Shown in pieces: positions 23,893-33,250 of a stretch of DNA of 49,003 nt (within the stretch, counting starts at the first letter, position 1; each line of letters opens with the position of its first letter). The position numbers and the translations under genes are program-made. Origin of the DNA: Nanobdellota archaeon (GTDB lineage Archaea; Nanobdellota; Nanobdellia; Woesearchaeales; SKGA01). The DNA is taken from contig JBNJGO010000004.1 in NCBI GenBank assembly GCA_051819745.1, positions 1-49,003 of the forward strand, given 5' to 3'. The notes under the pieces were generated by a model, which had not been told where the DNA came from, ran no database searches, and worked only from the letters and a program-made list of their open reading frames with translations.

Positions 23893-26505
23893 ATGGATTT
23901 CAAAGCTATAGAAGAAAAATGGCAGACATTATGGGATGAACACAATGTGTTTACAGTCACTGAAGATAATGATAAGCAAGCATACTACGTTCTAGAAATG
24001 TTTCCTTATCCTTCTGGCGACGGACTTCATCTCGGTCACGCTCTTAATTATGTTATTGGAGATATTCAAGCAAGATTTAAACGACTTCAAGGATTTAATG
24101 TCTTGCACCCTATGGGTTATGATGCCCTAGGACTTCCTGCAGAAAATGCAGCTATAAAGGCAGGAACACACCCTAAAGAATATACTGAAACATCAACAAA
24201 AGGATATATCAAACAACAAAAACATCTTGGCCTGAGTTTTGATTGGTCGAGAGTATTAAGCACTGCAGACCCATCATATTACAAATGGGATCAATGGATT
24301 TTTCTAAAACTGTTTGAAAAAGGTCTTGCATATCAGAAAACATCAGCTGTCAATTGGTGTCCAAAATGCAATACAGTACTTGCTAATGAACAAGTGGAAA
24401 ATGGTACATGCTGGCGTCATGATGATACTGAAGTTGAAGTAAAACATCTCAAACAATGGTTTTTTAAAATCACAGAATATGCCGATGAACTTTACGAACA
24501 CATCGATAAACTCGATAAATGGCCTGCCCGAACCAAAGCGATGCAAAAGAATTGGATCGGAAAATCACACGGAACAGAAATTGATTTTGAAGTTAATTCT
24601 AAAAAATGGCCTGTTTTCACGACAAGACCAGACACTATTTTCGGCGTGACATTCATGGTGATTTCTGCTCAACACGATACATTAATGAACATCGTCACTG
24701 AAGATCGCAAAGAAGAAGTCAAAGCATTCCTTCATAAGTTACATAGTGTTTCAGAAAAAGAATTAGATTCTATGGAAAAAGAAGGTGTGTTTACAGGATC
24801 ATATGCGATAAACCCTGCGACTGGAAAAGAAATACCTATTTATGCAGGAAATTTTGTCGTCGCAGATTACGGGTCCGGAATGGTCATGGCAGTTCCTGCT
24901 CACGATCAGAGAGATTTCGAGTTTGCAAAAAAATATGATATTCAAATACAACAAGTTATCAGCGGAGATCAAACGGAATCAAAAGCATACACGGGCACAG
25001 GAGTACTTACTAATTCAGAAGAATTCACTGGAATGGATAACGAACAAGCAAAAGAAAAAATAACACAATGGCTTGAAAGCAAGGGAATTGCTAGAAAGAA
25101 AGTGAATTTCAAACTTCGCGACTGGGGTATTTCCCGACAACGATATTGGGGAACGCCAATCCCTATTATCCACTGTGAACAATGCGGAGCAGTACCTGTG
25201 CCAGAACAAGACTTACCAGTTGAACTTCCTCGAGATGTTACTTTTGGAAAAGGAAATCCTCTTGAAACAAACAAGGAGTTTGTCAACACCACCTGTCCAA
25301 AATGCGGTAATCATGCAACGCGAGAAACAGACACCATGGATACTTTTGTTAATTCTTCATGGTACCATTTACGATATACAGACCCTAACAACGATAAGGC
25401 TATCTTTGACAAAGAAAAGGCAAACTATTGGACTCCAGTAGACAAATACATTGGAGGAGCAGAACATGCTTGTATGCACTTAATATATTTTAGATTCTAT
25501 ACAAAATTCCTTCGAGATCTAGGACTCATCTCGTTTGATGAGCCAGTTAAACAATTATTCCACCAAGGAATGTTACATGGTGACGACGGAAATAAGATGT
25601 CAAAAAGTAAAGGTAATGCGAAAGTTCCAGAAACAGTTTCGAAAGAATATGGGATAGATACTGCTCGTTTTTTTATTGTAAGTGTAGCATCACCTGAAAA
25701 AGATTTGTTCTGGAGTGAAAATGGAGCTGAAGGAGCACTTAAATTCATCAAAAAAGTGCACAATTATATTACCAACGAAGCAAAAATAGGATCTTCATCA
25801 AAGAAGATAACAAGCAAAATACAACGAACGATTAAAGAAGTGACCTATGACATTGAGCATTTCAAATACAATCTCGCAGTCATCAAACTACGACAACTCT
25901 TTGAATCATTCGAACAAGAAATCGCAAAAGAAGATCTAGAGAATTTTATCAAACTCATGAACCCTTTTTGTCCACACCTAACTGAAGAATGGTGGGAGTC
26001 TTTAGATAATGAACGATTCTTAAGCACATCTTCATGGCCAAAACACAACGATTCACTGATTGATGAGTCTGCAGAGTATGAAGACACATATGTTGAGCAA
26101 TTATACAAAGATGTGGAAACAATACAAGACATTTCAGGCATAAAAAACCCTGAAGAAATCGAATTATTTATTTCGCCACAATGGAAATATGATTTCTACA
26201 CTCAACTCAAAACATTACTAAAAACAACACACAAGCCAAATGAAATCATTCCTGAAATTATGAAAACTGAATTGAAACGACACGGTAAGGATATTGTCAA
26301 GCTTATACCAGCATGTATTAAAGAACCGTCAAAAATTCCAGAAGTCATACTTGATCAAGAAAAAGAAAAAAACATCTTAGAAAAACAAATTTCCAATTTG
26401 AAAAATAAGACTGGGGCTAACATCATCTTAACAACGGCAGAATACAGCGATAACGCTAAAGCAAAACAAGCAAGTCCTGGAAAACCAGCGCTCCTTCTAA
26501 GGTGA
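23893..26505 (+). CDS. leuS: Leucyl-tRNA synthetase (bacterial-type signature)
   Basis: About 870 aa. Motifs: MFPYPSGDGLHLGH (HIGH), HPMGYDALGLPAENAAIK, KMSKSKGN (KMSKS). The ORF starts at GTG 23884; the first ATG is at 23893. Confidence 0.95.
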   Translation: MDFKAIEEKWQTLWDEHNVFTVTEDNDKQAYYVLEMFPYPSGDGLHLGHALNYVIGDIQARFKRLQGFNVLHPMGYDALGLPAENAAIKAGTHPKEYTETSTKGYIKQQKHLGLSFDWSRVLSTADPSYYKWDQWIFLKLFEKGLAYQKTSAVNWCPKCNTVLANEQVENGTCWRHDDTEVEVKHLKQWFFKITEYADELYEHIDKLDKWPARTKAMQKNWIGKSHGTEIDFEVNSKKWPVFTTRPDTIFGVTFMVISAQHDTLMNIVTEDRKEEVKAFLHKLHSVSEKELDSMEKEGVFTGSYAINPATGKEIPIYAGNFVVADYGSGMVMAVPAHDQRDFEFAKKYDIQIQQVISGDQTESKAYTGTGVLTNSEEFTGMDNEQAKEKITQWLESKGIARKKVNFKLRDWGISRQRYWGTPIPIIHCEQCGAVPVPEQDLPVELPRDVTFGKGNPLETNKEFVNTTCPKCGNHATRETDTMDTFVNSSWYHLRYTDPNNDKAIFDKEKANYWTPVDKYIGGAEHACMHLIYFRFYTKFLRDLGLISFDEPVKQLFHQGMLHGDDGNKMSKSKGNAKVPETVSKEYGIDTARFFIVSVASPEKDLFWSENGAEGALKFIKKVHNYITNEAKIGSSSKKITSKIQRTIKEVTYDIEHFKYNLAVIKLRQLFESFEQEIAKEDLENFIKLMNPFCPHLTEEWWESLDNERFLSTSSWPKHNDSLIDESAEYEDTYVEQLYKDVETIQDISGIKNPEEIELFISPQWKYDFYTQLKTLLKTTHKPNEIIPEIMKTELKRHGKDIVKLIPACIKEPSKIPEVILDQEKEKNILEKQISNLKNKTGANIILTTAEYSDNAKAKQASPGKPALLLR

Positions 26506-26509
26506 TGCA

Positions 26510-27160
26510 ATGACTAAAAAAGCAGTGCTATTTGATCTTGATGGAACACTTGTCAACTCAATACCGTTTCATTATTCAATACATAAAACAACTATGAAAC
26601 AACGAGGTATCGACTTGAGCGAAGAATTTTTTGAGATGGAATGTAATGGGGCTTCACCAACAGAATTTTATGCAACAATATTCCAACACTATAAAGGAAA
26701 TACAAGAGGATATAAAACAGCATTGGGAGAATATAAGAAAATAAGAAAACAACAAGATCTTAGTACAATAAAAACATTTCCTGGCGTGAAAACAGTTTTG
26801 AAACAACTACAAAAAGCAGGGTATAAGATTATCATCGCTACATCTTCAACTCACCAGTATGCAAAAACAGTTCTTAAAAGAAACAATATCATTCAATATG
26901 TTGATGACATCGTTGGAAGTAATGAAGTAGCTCGATCAAAACCACACCCAGATATTTTTCTGATGGCGCGAAAAAAGTCAGGTATCAAGAAGGCCGAATG
27001 TGTTGTTGTCGAGGATGCGGTAAATGGTGTAAAAGCTGCAAAACGCGCAGGCATTGATTGTTTGTGTATGCTCACTTCTGAGAAACGCAAGGACATCCCT
27101 GACTATGCCACTGTTGTCAAGAAACATTCGCAATTATTTGATGTTATTGAGAATATATGA
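26510..27160 (+). CDS. HAD-superfamily hydrolase (beta-phosphoglucomutase-like subfamily)
   Basis: Motifs: LFDLDGTLVNS (motif I), ATSS (motif II), KPHPDIF and VVVEDAVNGVKAAKRAG (motifs III/IV). AAGGTGAT lies upstream. Confidence 0.8.
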   Translation: MTKKAVLFDLDGTLVNSIPFHYSIHKTTMKQRGIDLSEEFFEMECNGASPTEFYATIFQHYKGNTRGYKTALGEYKKIRKQQDLSTIKTFPGVKTVLKQLQKAGYKIIIATSSTHQYAKTVLKRNNIIQYVDDIVGSNEVARSKPHPDIFLMARKKSGIKKAECVVVEDAVNGVKAAKRAGIDCLCMLTSEKRKDIPDYATVVKKHSQLFDVIENI

Positions 27161-27813
27161 TTATGAAATGCAGTACTATTATAAGGACTATTGACGAAAT
27201 ATACGATCGTTTTAGCATTCCTTCGTTTCTTGCTACGCACATGAAACAAGTCGCAGCTATAGGTAAATTCTTATGCACTCATCTCAACCAAGACCTTGAT
27301 ACTGATTGTGTTGTTGCCGCCCTTCTTCTTCATGATCTAGGCAATGTTGTCAAGTTCGATCTTGATAGTCCTTTGAGTGAACAGTTGTGTTCTCAGGATG
27401 AAAAAGAGCGGTTGAGAATATTGCAGTCCGACTTGAAAGAGCGTTATGGTAAAAATGCTGATGAAGCGACAAAGCGCATGGTTGAGAAGCTAAAAGTTCC
27501 TAAAAAAGTGAAATGGCTTCTTGAGAACGCTACGTGGCTTAACATCGAAAAGGTAAGAGATAGTAATTCTATTGAATTGAAGATTTGTGCGTATGCCGAT
27601 TACCGTGTCAGTCCGAAAGGCATTGTTTCGCTTAAAAAGCGTCTTCATGATTTGAGGCGTCGCTATCACGATTACCCTCATACCAATTCGCTTCCAGAGG
27701 ATAAAGTTAAGAAACGCGATAACGCATATTATGATATTGAAAAGCAACTTTTCTCAAAAACAGATATTAAACCAGAGGATATCACTGAAGAAAATATTTC
27801 TAACATACAATAA
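27157..27813 (+). CDS. HD-domain protein
   Basis: 218 aa. H...LLLHDLGN has the HD pattern. The ATG overlaps the HAD stop (ATGA). Confidence 0.7.
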   Translation: MIMKCSTIIRTIDEIYDRFSIPSFLATHMKQVAAIGKFLCTHLNQDLDTDCVVAALLLHDLGNVVKFDLDSPLSEQLCSQDEKERLRILQSDLKERYGKNADEATKRMVEKLKVPKKVKWLLENATWLNIEKVRDSNSIELKICAYADYRVSPKGIVSLKKRLHDLRRRYHDYPHTNSLPEDKVKKRDNAYYDIEKQLFSKTDIKPEDITEENISNIQ

Positions 27814-27826
27814 ATAAAAAAGAAAT

Positions 27827-28127
27827 GGCGCGCGCGAAGGTGGACTGCAACAGACACTTCCAGTGAACCCTGAAGATTCCTCCACTCTGCAACCCTTCAA
27901 ACACCGTAACAACAGCGTATGGCTGCTCCCGTCAAGGCCTCTCTGGCACATCGCAAAAGATATTTTTTCCGACGTGTGACCAGGTTGACTGGCGTTACGA
28001 TCAAGAAGGACAGAGCATCGACAGGCACAACAGGACTGAAAGCACCTGCGAGCCGCCCTTCACGCTTCAGCCCGCCCAACGACCCATTTGACGTTATAGG
28101 TGAGGGTCAACCACCCGGCCTAGCCAT
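27827..28127 (-). ncRNA. Signal recognition particle (7S) RNA, about 300 nt
   Basis: This is a GC-rich island in AT-rich DNA. The minus-strand 5' end, GGCUAGGCCGGGUGGUUGACCCUCACC, resembles archaeal SRP RNA 5' domains. It contains GACGGGAGCAGCCAUA, which matches the helix-8 (G)GAAGCAGCC motif. A TATA box lies about 25 nt upstream and an oligo-T (CCAUUUCUUUUUUAUUU) follows the 3' end. The ends are approximate to within about 5 nt. Confidence 0.7.
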
Positions 28128-28147
28128 TAACGAGAAAACACGACATT

Positions 28148-28158
28148 CTTTATAAAAG
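28148..28158 (-). promoter_or_regulatory. TATA box for the SRP RNA gene
   Basis: CTTTTATAAAG on the minus strand lies about 21-31 nt upstream of the inferred SRP RNA 5' end. Confidence 0.45.
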
Positions 28159-28192
28159 TTTACACAAAATGAAGAAAAAAAAGGATTACACA

Positions 28193-29227
28193 TTATAATA
28201 GAAATAATACAAGCTCAAGTAAAGCATAGCCAACAAGGCAACCTGCAGTGAGAAAAGGCATTGCAGGATAAAATCGATCTTTTTTACCAAGGAAGAAAAG
28301 CAAAGCCAAAGAAACAACAGCCACACATACAACAATAAGAGTGTAAGCGAAAGCAACATAGTTACCAACTCCTCGGACCATTAATGATTGTAAAACAGCA
28401 CCCGAAAATATGAGCGGAAAAACAACATCACCACCACCAAGAATCGCTGATTTTTTCGAAGATTTCTTTGAATATTTTTTCTGAGGAGAAAATGTTATTT
28501 TAGACTTGGCCTTGGAAGAATAACTACGAACAGTATTTTTCACAGTTGAAAGTGCAGTTTGATATAAGGAGTCAAATTTTGAAGGAACTTTTTTTGAAAG
28601 ACGAGAAGATGACGAATAAGGAATTGAAAAACCAGCAAAAATATTTGATTTTGAAGTGAACTTCGCCAATGTAATCATGTGTTTGCTCTTCCAAACAGCA
28701 TACATGTCATAAACGGAAATAATGAGTAAAAGTAACACTGCAGACCATACTGATTGAAATAATGGTGCGATAAGAAAAGCAATACCAGCATAAACAAGAA
28801 CTTCAGTTGTATTATGGATCAGGGGTGATGCGAAAGATAATTTTAGAATCATAAGAACTAAAGCTATAAGCAAGGCAATCCAAGATGTTAAAAACACACC
28901 TAAAAGAACAGATATTGAAAGCATGACGGCAAGAGCATACCATGTTTTCCAAATATGTTTCCCAGAACGAAACCGCATAAGAACAAACAACAACCCAGTT
29001 GCAATTCCAACACCTATTACGAGATACCATATTGAAGTCGATTCATTTTCGAACTCAGGACGTTCTCCGATTGTCGTATTACTATATACTATTTTTGTTG
29101 AAGAAACATTATCCTCGGAAACAACTGTTTGAGAGGTTCCATCAAAAGAAAGAACAAAAAGACCAATACATTGAGATAGTACAAATAAAGACAGTAAGAG
29201 AATAGTAATAGGTGTTGAGTGTTTCAT
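28193..29227 (-). CDS. Presenilin/signal-peptide-peptidase-like (A22, GxGD) intramembrane aspartyl protease
   Basis: 344 aa and polytopic. Motifs: SVYDMYAVW (YD), LGGGDVVFP (GxGD), and YPAMPFL (a PAL-like variant). Confidence 0.8.
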   Translation of the reverse strand: MKHSTPITILLLSLFVLSQCIGLFVLSFDGTSQTVVSEDNVSSTKIVYSNTTIGERPEFENESTSIWYLVIGVGIATGLLFVLMRFRSGKHIWKTWYALAVMLSISVLLGVFLTSWIALLIALVLMILKLSFASPLIHNTTEVLVYAGIAFLIAPLFQSVWSAVLLLLIISVYDMYAVWKSKHMITLAKFTSKSNIFAGFSIPYSSSSRLSKKVPSKFDSLYQTALSTVKNTVRSYSSKAKSKITFSPQKKYSKKSSKKSAILGGGDVVFPLIFSGAVLQSLMVRGVGNYVAFAYTLIVVCVAVVSLALLFFLGKKDRFYPAMPFLTAGCLVGYALLELVLFLL

Positions 29228-29253
29228 GGAATAGTGAAAGCAAGGACTTGTTT

Positions 29254-30159
29254 TTAATTCTTTCGAGAAGAACGAGTCACTTTCTTAGTATATGATCGCC
29301 GAGGAGATTTTTTTTGAGAGGGTTTTTTCGAACTCTTTTTTTTATTTGATGAAGGATGAGAATCATTGAACTTATTAAAATAACTCTCACTGCTAAAAAA
29401 CTTGAATGTCTTATACAGTTTCATCGCCTGACCTAATTTTGCACCACTCCGAAGAATTCTTGCGATACGAAATACCCGAACTAACTTAAAAACACGCAAT
29501 ACACCAACAGCGGGTATTGCCGCAATGACATCAATAAAATGACGTTTGAAAAAATCCTTTGTGTTTTTAGAATGAAACGCTAGAATAACTACATCAACAA
29601 TAAAAATAACTGTAATAAACGCATCGACGTATTTTAAAATATTAGTTAAATAAAATGGATCGAAGAATAATTGTATAAAAATGGAAATAAATGCCAGAGC
29701 GACAGCAACAAGAATGACAATACCCCAGACTGTTTCAAAAGTGTATGAAGAAATATCTTTTTCTAACTCGGAATGTAATTTTTTCAAATCTTTTTTTTCT
29801 TGTTTCAAACCACGAATGTCAGGACGTGTTAAATCCGAAAATACTCTGCTAAGACCAATAACTAAGATGATGGAAAGGACAAATATTATAATATCAAGTA
29901 GCATTTCACCAAGACCTCCACTCAATAATTCAAAACCCAGTAATTGAAACAGAACAAAACCAGAAATTACAACAGCCAAACCACCAAACAAGAAATTATT
30001 ATCAGAATGGTCTTTGAATATACCAATTAACAAACCAGAAATTATCAATGCAATAAATTTGAATTTTCGCATTTCAGGACTTAAATCAAGAACACCATCA
30101 AAGAGAATAATAAGAGAAGCTGCAATGAAAAAATATTGATTTATTTTTTTAACATCCAT
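29254..30159 (-). CDS. Membrane protein with an isolated voltage-sensor-like domain (S1-S4), no pore domain
   Basis: 301 aa. It has about four N-terminal TM helices, a charged linker, and then an Ion_trans-like S1-S4: VDAFITVIFIVDVVILAF (S2), HFIDVIAAIP (S3), LRVFKLVRVFRIARILR (S4, Arg/Lys every third residue). The protein then ends in a Lys/Ser-rich tail with no S5-P-S6. Confidence 0.65.
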   Translation of the reverse strand: MDVKKINQYFFIAASLIILFDGVLDLSPEMRKFKFIALIISGLLIGIFKDHSDNNFLFGGLAVVISGFVLFQLLGFELLSGGLGEMLLDIIIFVLSIILVIGLSRVFSDLTRPDIRGLKQEKKDLKKLHSELEKDISSYTFETVWGIVILVAVALAFISIFIQLFFDPFYLTNILKYVDAFITVIFIVDVVILAFHSKNTKDFFKRHFIDVIAAIPAVGVLRVFKLVRVFRIARILRSGAKLGQAMKLYKTFKFFSSESYFNKFNDSHPSSNKKKSSKKPSQKKSPRRSYTKKVTRSSRKN

Positions 30160-30179
30160 AATAACAACCCATATTCTTA

Positions 30180-30509
30180 TTATTTATTTTTATTATCTGA
30201 TTTTTTCTTGAAAGCATCATATTCTTTTTTCGAGAGAACAATAACTCGCTCTTTACGTTCAGAAGGCGAAGCATCCAATGCTAATTCATCTTCAACAGGA
30301 GCCCTAGTCATGCTAATCATCGAAGCTAAAAACATCGTTCCAGAAACAATGCCGACAATTATAGCCCAAGACATTGAAATTGAAGATATAAAAAATATCG
30401 CGATAAGAAGACCTAAAATGGAAACAAGAAAAAAACCTTGAGATAATGGGGCAACTTCAAAAGAAGATTCTCGATTGACTCTTGATGATTTTTTCTTTTT
30501 ATCTACCAT
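30180..30509 (-). CDS. Hypothetical small membrane protein (2 TM)
   Basis: 109 aa, with two adjacent hydrophobic helices and charged termini. No family recognised. Confidence 0.5.
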   Translation of the reverse strand: MVDKKKKSSRVNRESSFEVAPLSQGFFLVSILGLLIAIFFISSISMSWAIIVGIVSGTMFLASMISMTRAPVEDELALDASPSERKERVIVLSKKEYDAFKKKSDNKNK

Positions 30510-30520
30510 TAAAACACCTA

Positions 30521-31525
<1,005 letters not shown>

Positions 31526-31687
31526 TCAAACCTCTTTTTCCCAACAAGATGACACCAAGATACTATTATAAAGGTTTGGAACTATTCTTTAATGATAACA
31601 ATATAATTTTTATCCATATCTCTGTTTCACAATATATATAAACTAAGAAAAGCAAAGAGTATTTACGAGAGTACACAGGTGATAATT

Positions 31688-31891
31688 ATGGGAATTGCAA
31701 AAACATCTATTGATTGGATCGCATTAATACTACTAGTAATTGGCGGTATTAATTGGGGTCTTGTAGGACTTTTTAAAATCGATTTAGTACAAGCAATACT
31801 TGGTAGCGTTCCAATACTTCAAAATATCGTTTATATTTTAGTTGGTATCGCAGGATTATATGGAGTATACATGCTTGCCAGAGCAGATTAA
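31688..31891 (+). CDS. DUF378-family small membrane protein
   Basis: GGINWGLVGLF...VYILVGIAGLY has the DUF378 pattern. The ATG at 31688 is preceded by AGGTGAT. The ORF starts at GTG 31679. Confidence 0.75.
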   Translation: MGIAKTSIDWIALILLVIGGINWGLVGLFKIDLVQAILGSVPILQNIVYILVGIAGLYGVYMLARAD

Positions 31892-32074
31892 TCCCTTTAA
31901 ACAGTACCCTTTTTCTTTTTATTTGTTTTTTTAATTTCTTATTATTTTCAGATACAAACAAATAAACAAAGATCACGATTTTTCTAGAACAAAATAAGAA
32001 TACTGAGAATACTACAACAATACAATACAAAAGTATAAAAATGAAAAAATAATTTGAAATGATGGTGATATGAT

Positions 32075-32356
32075 ATGATACATGAACAAAGAGAAGACCT
32101 TTCTGCAAAAACTCTCGATCTTAAACGAGCGATTGATTCATTGAAAGAAGAACTTGAAGCAGTTGACTGGTATAATCAAAGAGCAGATGCGTGCACCGAT
32201 GAGAATCTCAAGAAAATCCTCCTTCACAACGCTGCTGAAGAAAAAGAACATGCTGCGATGCTAGTTGAATGGCTCCGTCAGAACGATACAGAGTTTGAAA
32301 GCGAGCTCAAGGAGTATGTGTTCTCTGATAAGAAAGACATTGCACATCACGACTAA
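32075..32356 (+). CDS. Encapsulated-ferritin-like (EncFtn/Flp) protein, no encapsulin partner in window
   Basis: 93 aa. EELEAVDWYNQRADACTD...LLHNAAEEKEHAAMLVEWLRQND closely matches the EncFtn core as I recall it from Rhodospirillum rubrum (EELEAVDWYDQRVDAS..HNRDEEKEHAAMTLEWLRRND). GGTGA lies 6 nt upstream of the ATG. Confidence 0.8.
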   Translation: MIHEQREDLSAKTLDLKRAIDSLKEELEAVDWYNQRADACTDENLKKILLHNAAEEKEHAAMLVEWLRQNDTEFESELKEYVFSDKKDIAHHD

Positions 32357-32475
32357 GCCAAGTAATTTTTATTTTATTTTTTTTGTTAACATAAGTTTAA
32401 TGATGGAAAAAACAAAGGAGTTCAAATTTTTTTAGAAACAAAGCGATTAAAAATTAAAAGAAATGAAGCAAAAGA

Positions 32476-32886
32476 TCACATTCCTAATTGTTTAATTAAT
32501 TTAGAGGATGAATTTGTTTTCTCACCACCAACATTATACACCATTTTTATATTATATTTATCACAAACATCATTTTCAGGAACATTATCTTTATTTCTAT
32601 CACCACCATTTGCAAAAATATCAGGTTTTAATTTCTCAAGAGTTTTACACACTGTTTTATCTTCATCTATAGCTACGATTGCTTCGTCAACCATTTCTAA
32701 ATGCTCGAGAATATATTTTATATCATTGGCATCATGTATAAGTTTTCCTTTTTTTCTAATTTGTTGATCATTGTTATTGACTATAACAATTAATTTATCA
32801 CCTAACTTCTTAGCTTCAACAAATAATCTAACGTGTCCCTTATGCAATATAGAAAAATACCCTGAAACACAAACTGTTTTTACCAT
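32476..32886 (-). CDS. Cytidylyltransferase-like nucleotidyltransferase (HxGH family)
   Basis: 136 aa. GYFSILHKGHVRLF carries the HxGH motif, followed by ANGGDR and SSS..I. Specificity is not assignable. Confidence 0.75.
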   Translation of the reverse strand: MVKTVCVSGYFSILHKGHVRLFVEAKKLGDKLIVIVNNNDQQIRKKGKLIHDANDIKYILEHLEMVDEAIVAIDEDKTVCKTLEKLKPDIFANGGDRNKDNVPENDVCDKYNIKMVYNVGGEKTNSSSKLIKQLGM

Positions 32887-32995
32887 TTTTAGTAAAAAAA
32901 ATAAAATAAAGGTTTATAAACATTTAGGTATGAAAACAGCATACAAAAATCAAAGAATGCAAATATTTAAAACAAAAATACTACTTGAAACGAAT

Positions 32996-33250
32996 ATGGC
33001 AATAATCAGTATTTTAGCAACAATATTCGGAACCGCAATGGCTTTAGCAAACATCCCACAGGCTATCAAGATTTTTCACAGAAAAAGCGCCAAAGATATT
33101 TCTATACTTACATTTTCAGTTGTTCTTATAGGAAGTATCGTGTGGACGATATATGGTATTAACATCAGCAACACACCACTCATCGTAGCTAATAGTGTTG
33201 GAGTAGTCAGTGTTGGAATGGTTGTTATTGGAGGAATATTATATCGATAG
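32996..33250 (+). CDS. SemiSWEET / PQ-loop (MtN3-like) 3-TM transporter
   Basis: 84 aa from the ATG at 32996. Three TM helices and ANIPQAIKIFHRKSAKDIS (PQ motif). The upstream part of ORF 32771..33250 overlaps the cytidylyltransferase gene and is not coding. Confidence 0.7.
   Translation: MAIISILATIFGTAMALANIPQAIKIFHRKSAKDISILTFSVVLIGSIVWTIYGINISNTPLIVANSVGVVSVGMVVIGGILYR

Noticed and set aside
27754-28155. Three ORFs (27754..27951-, 27897..28079-, 27919..28155+) lie in the GC-rich island.
   Set aside because: They are explained by the SRP RNA gene. Their translations are Arg/Gly/Pro/Cys-rich with no protein-like features, and they overlap each other in different frames.
32771-32995. The N-terminal 75 codons of ORF 32771..33250(+).
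   Set aside because: They overlap the well-supported cytidylyltransferase gene on the other strand. The recognisable SemiSWEET protein begins at the internal ATG at 32996.
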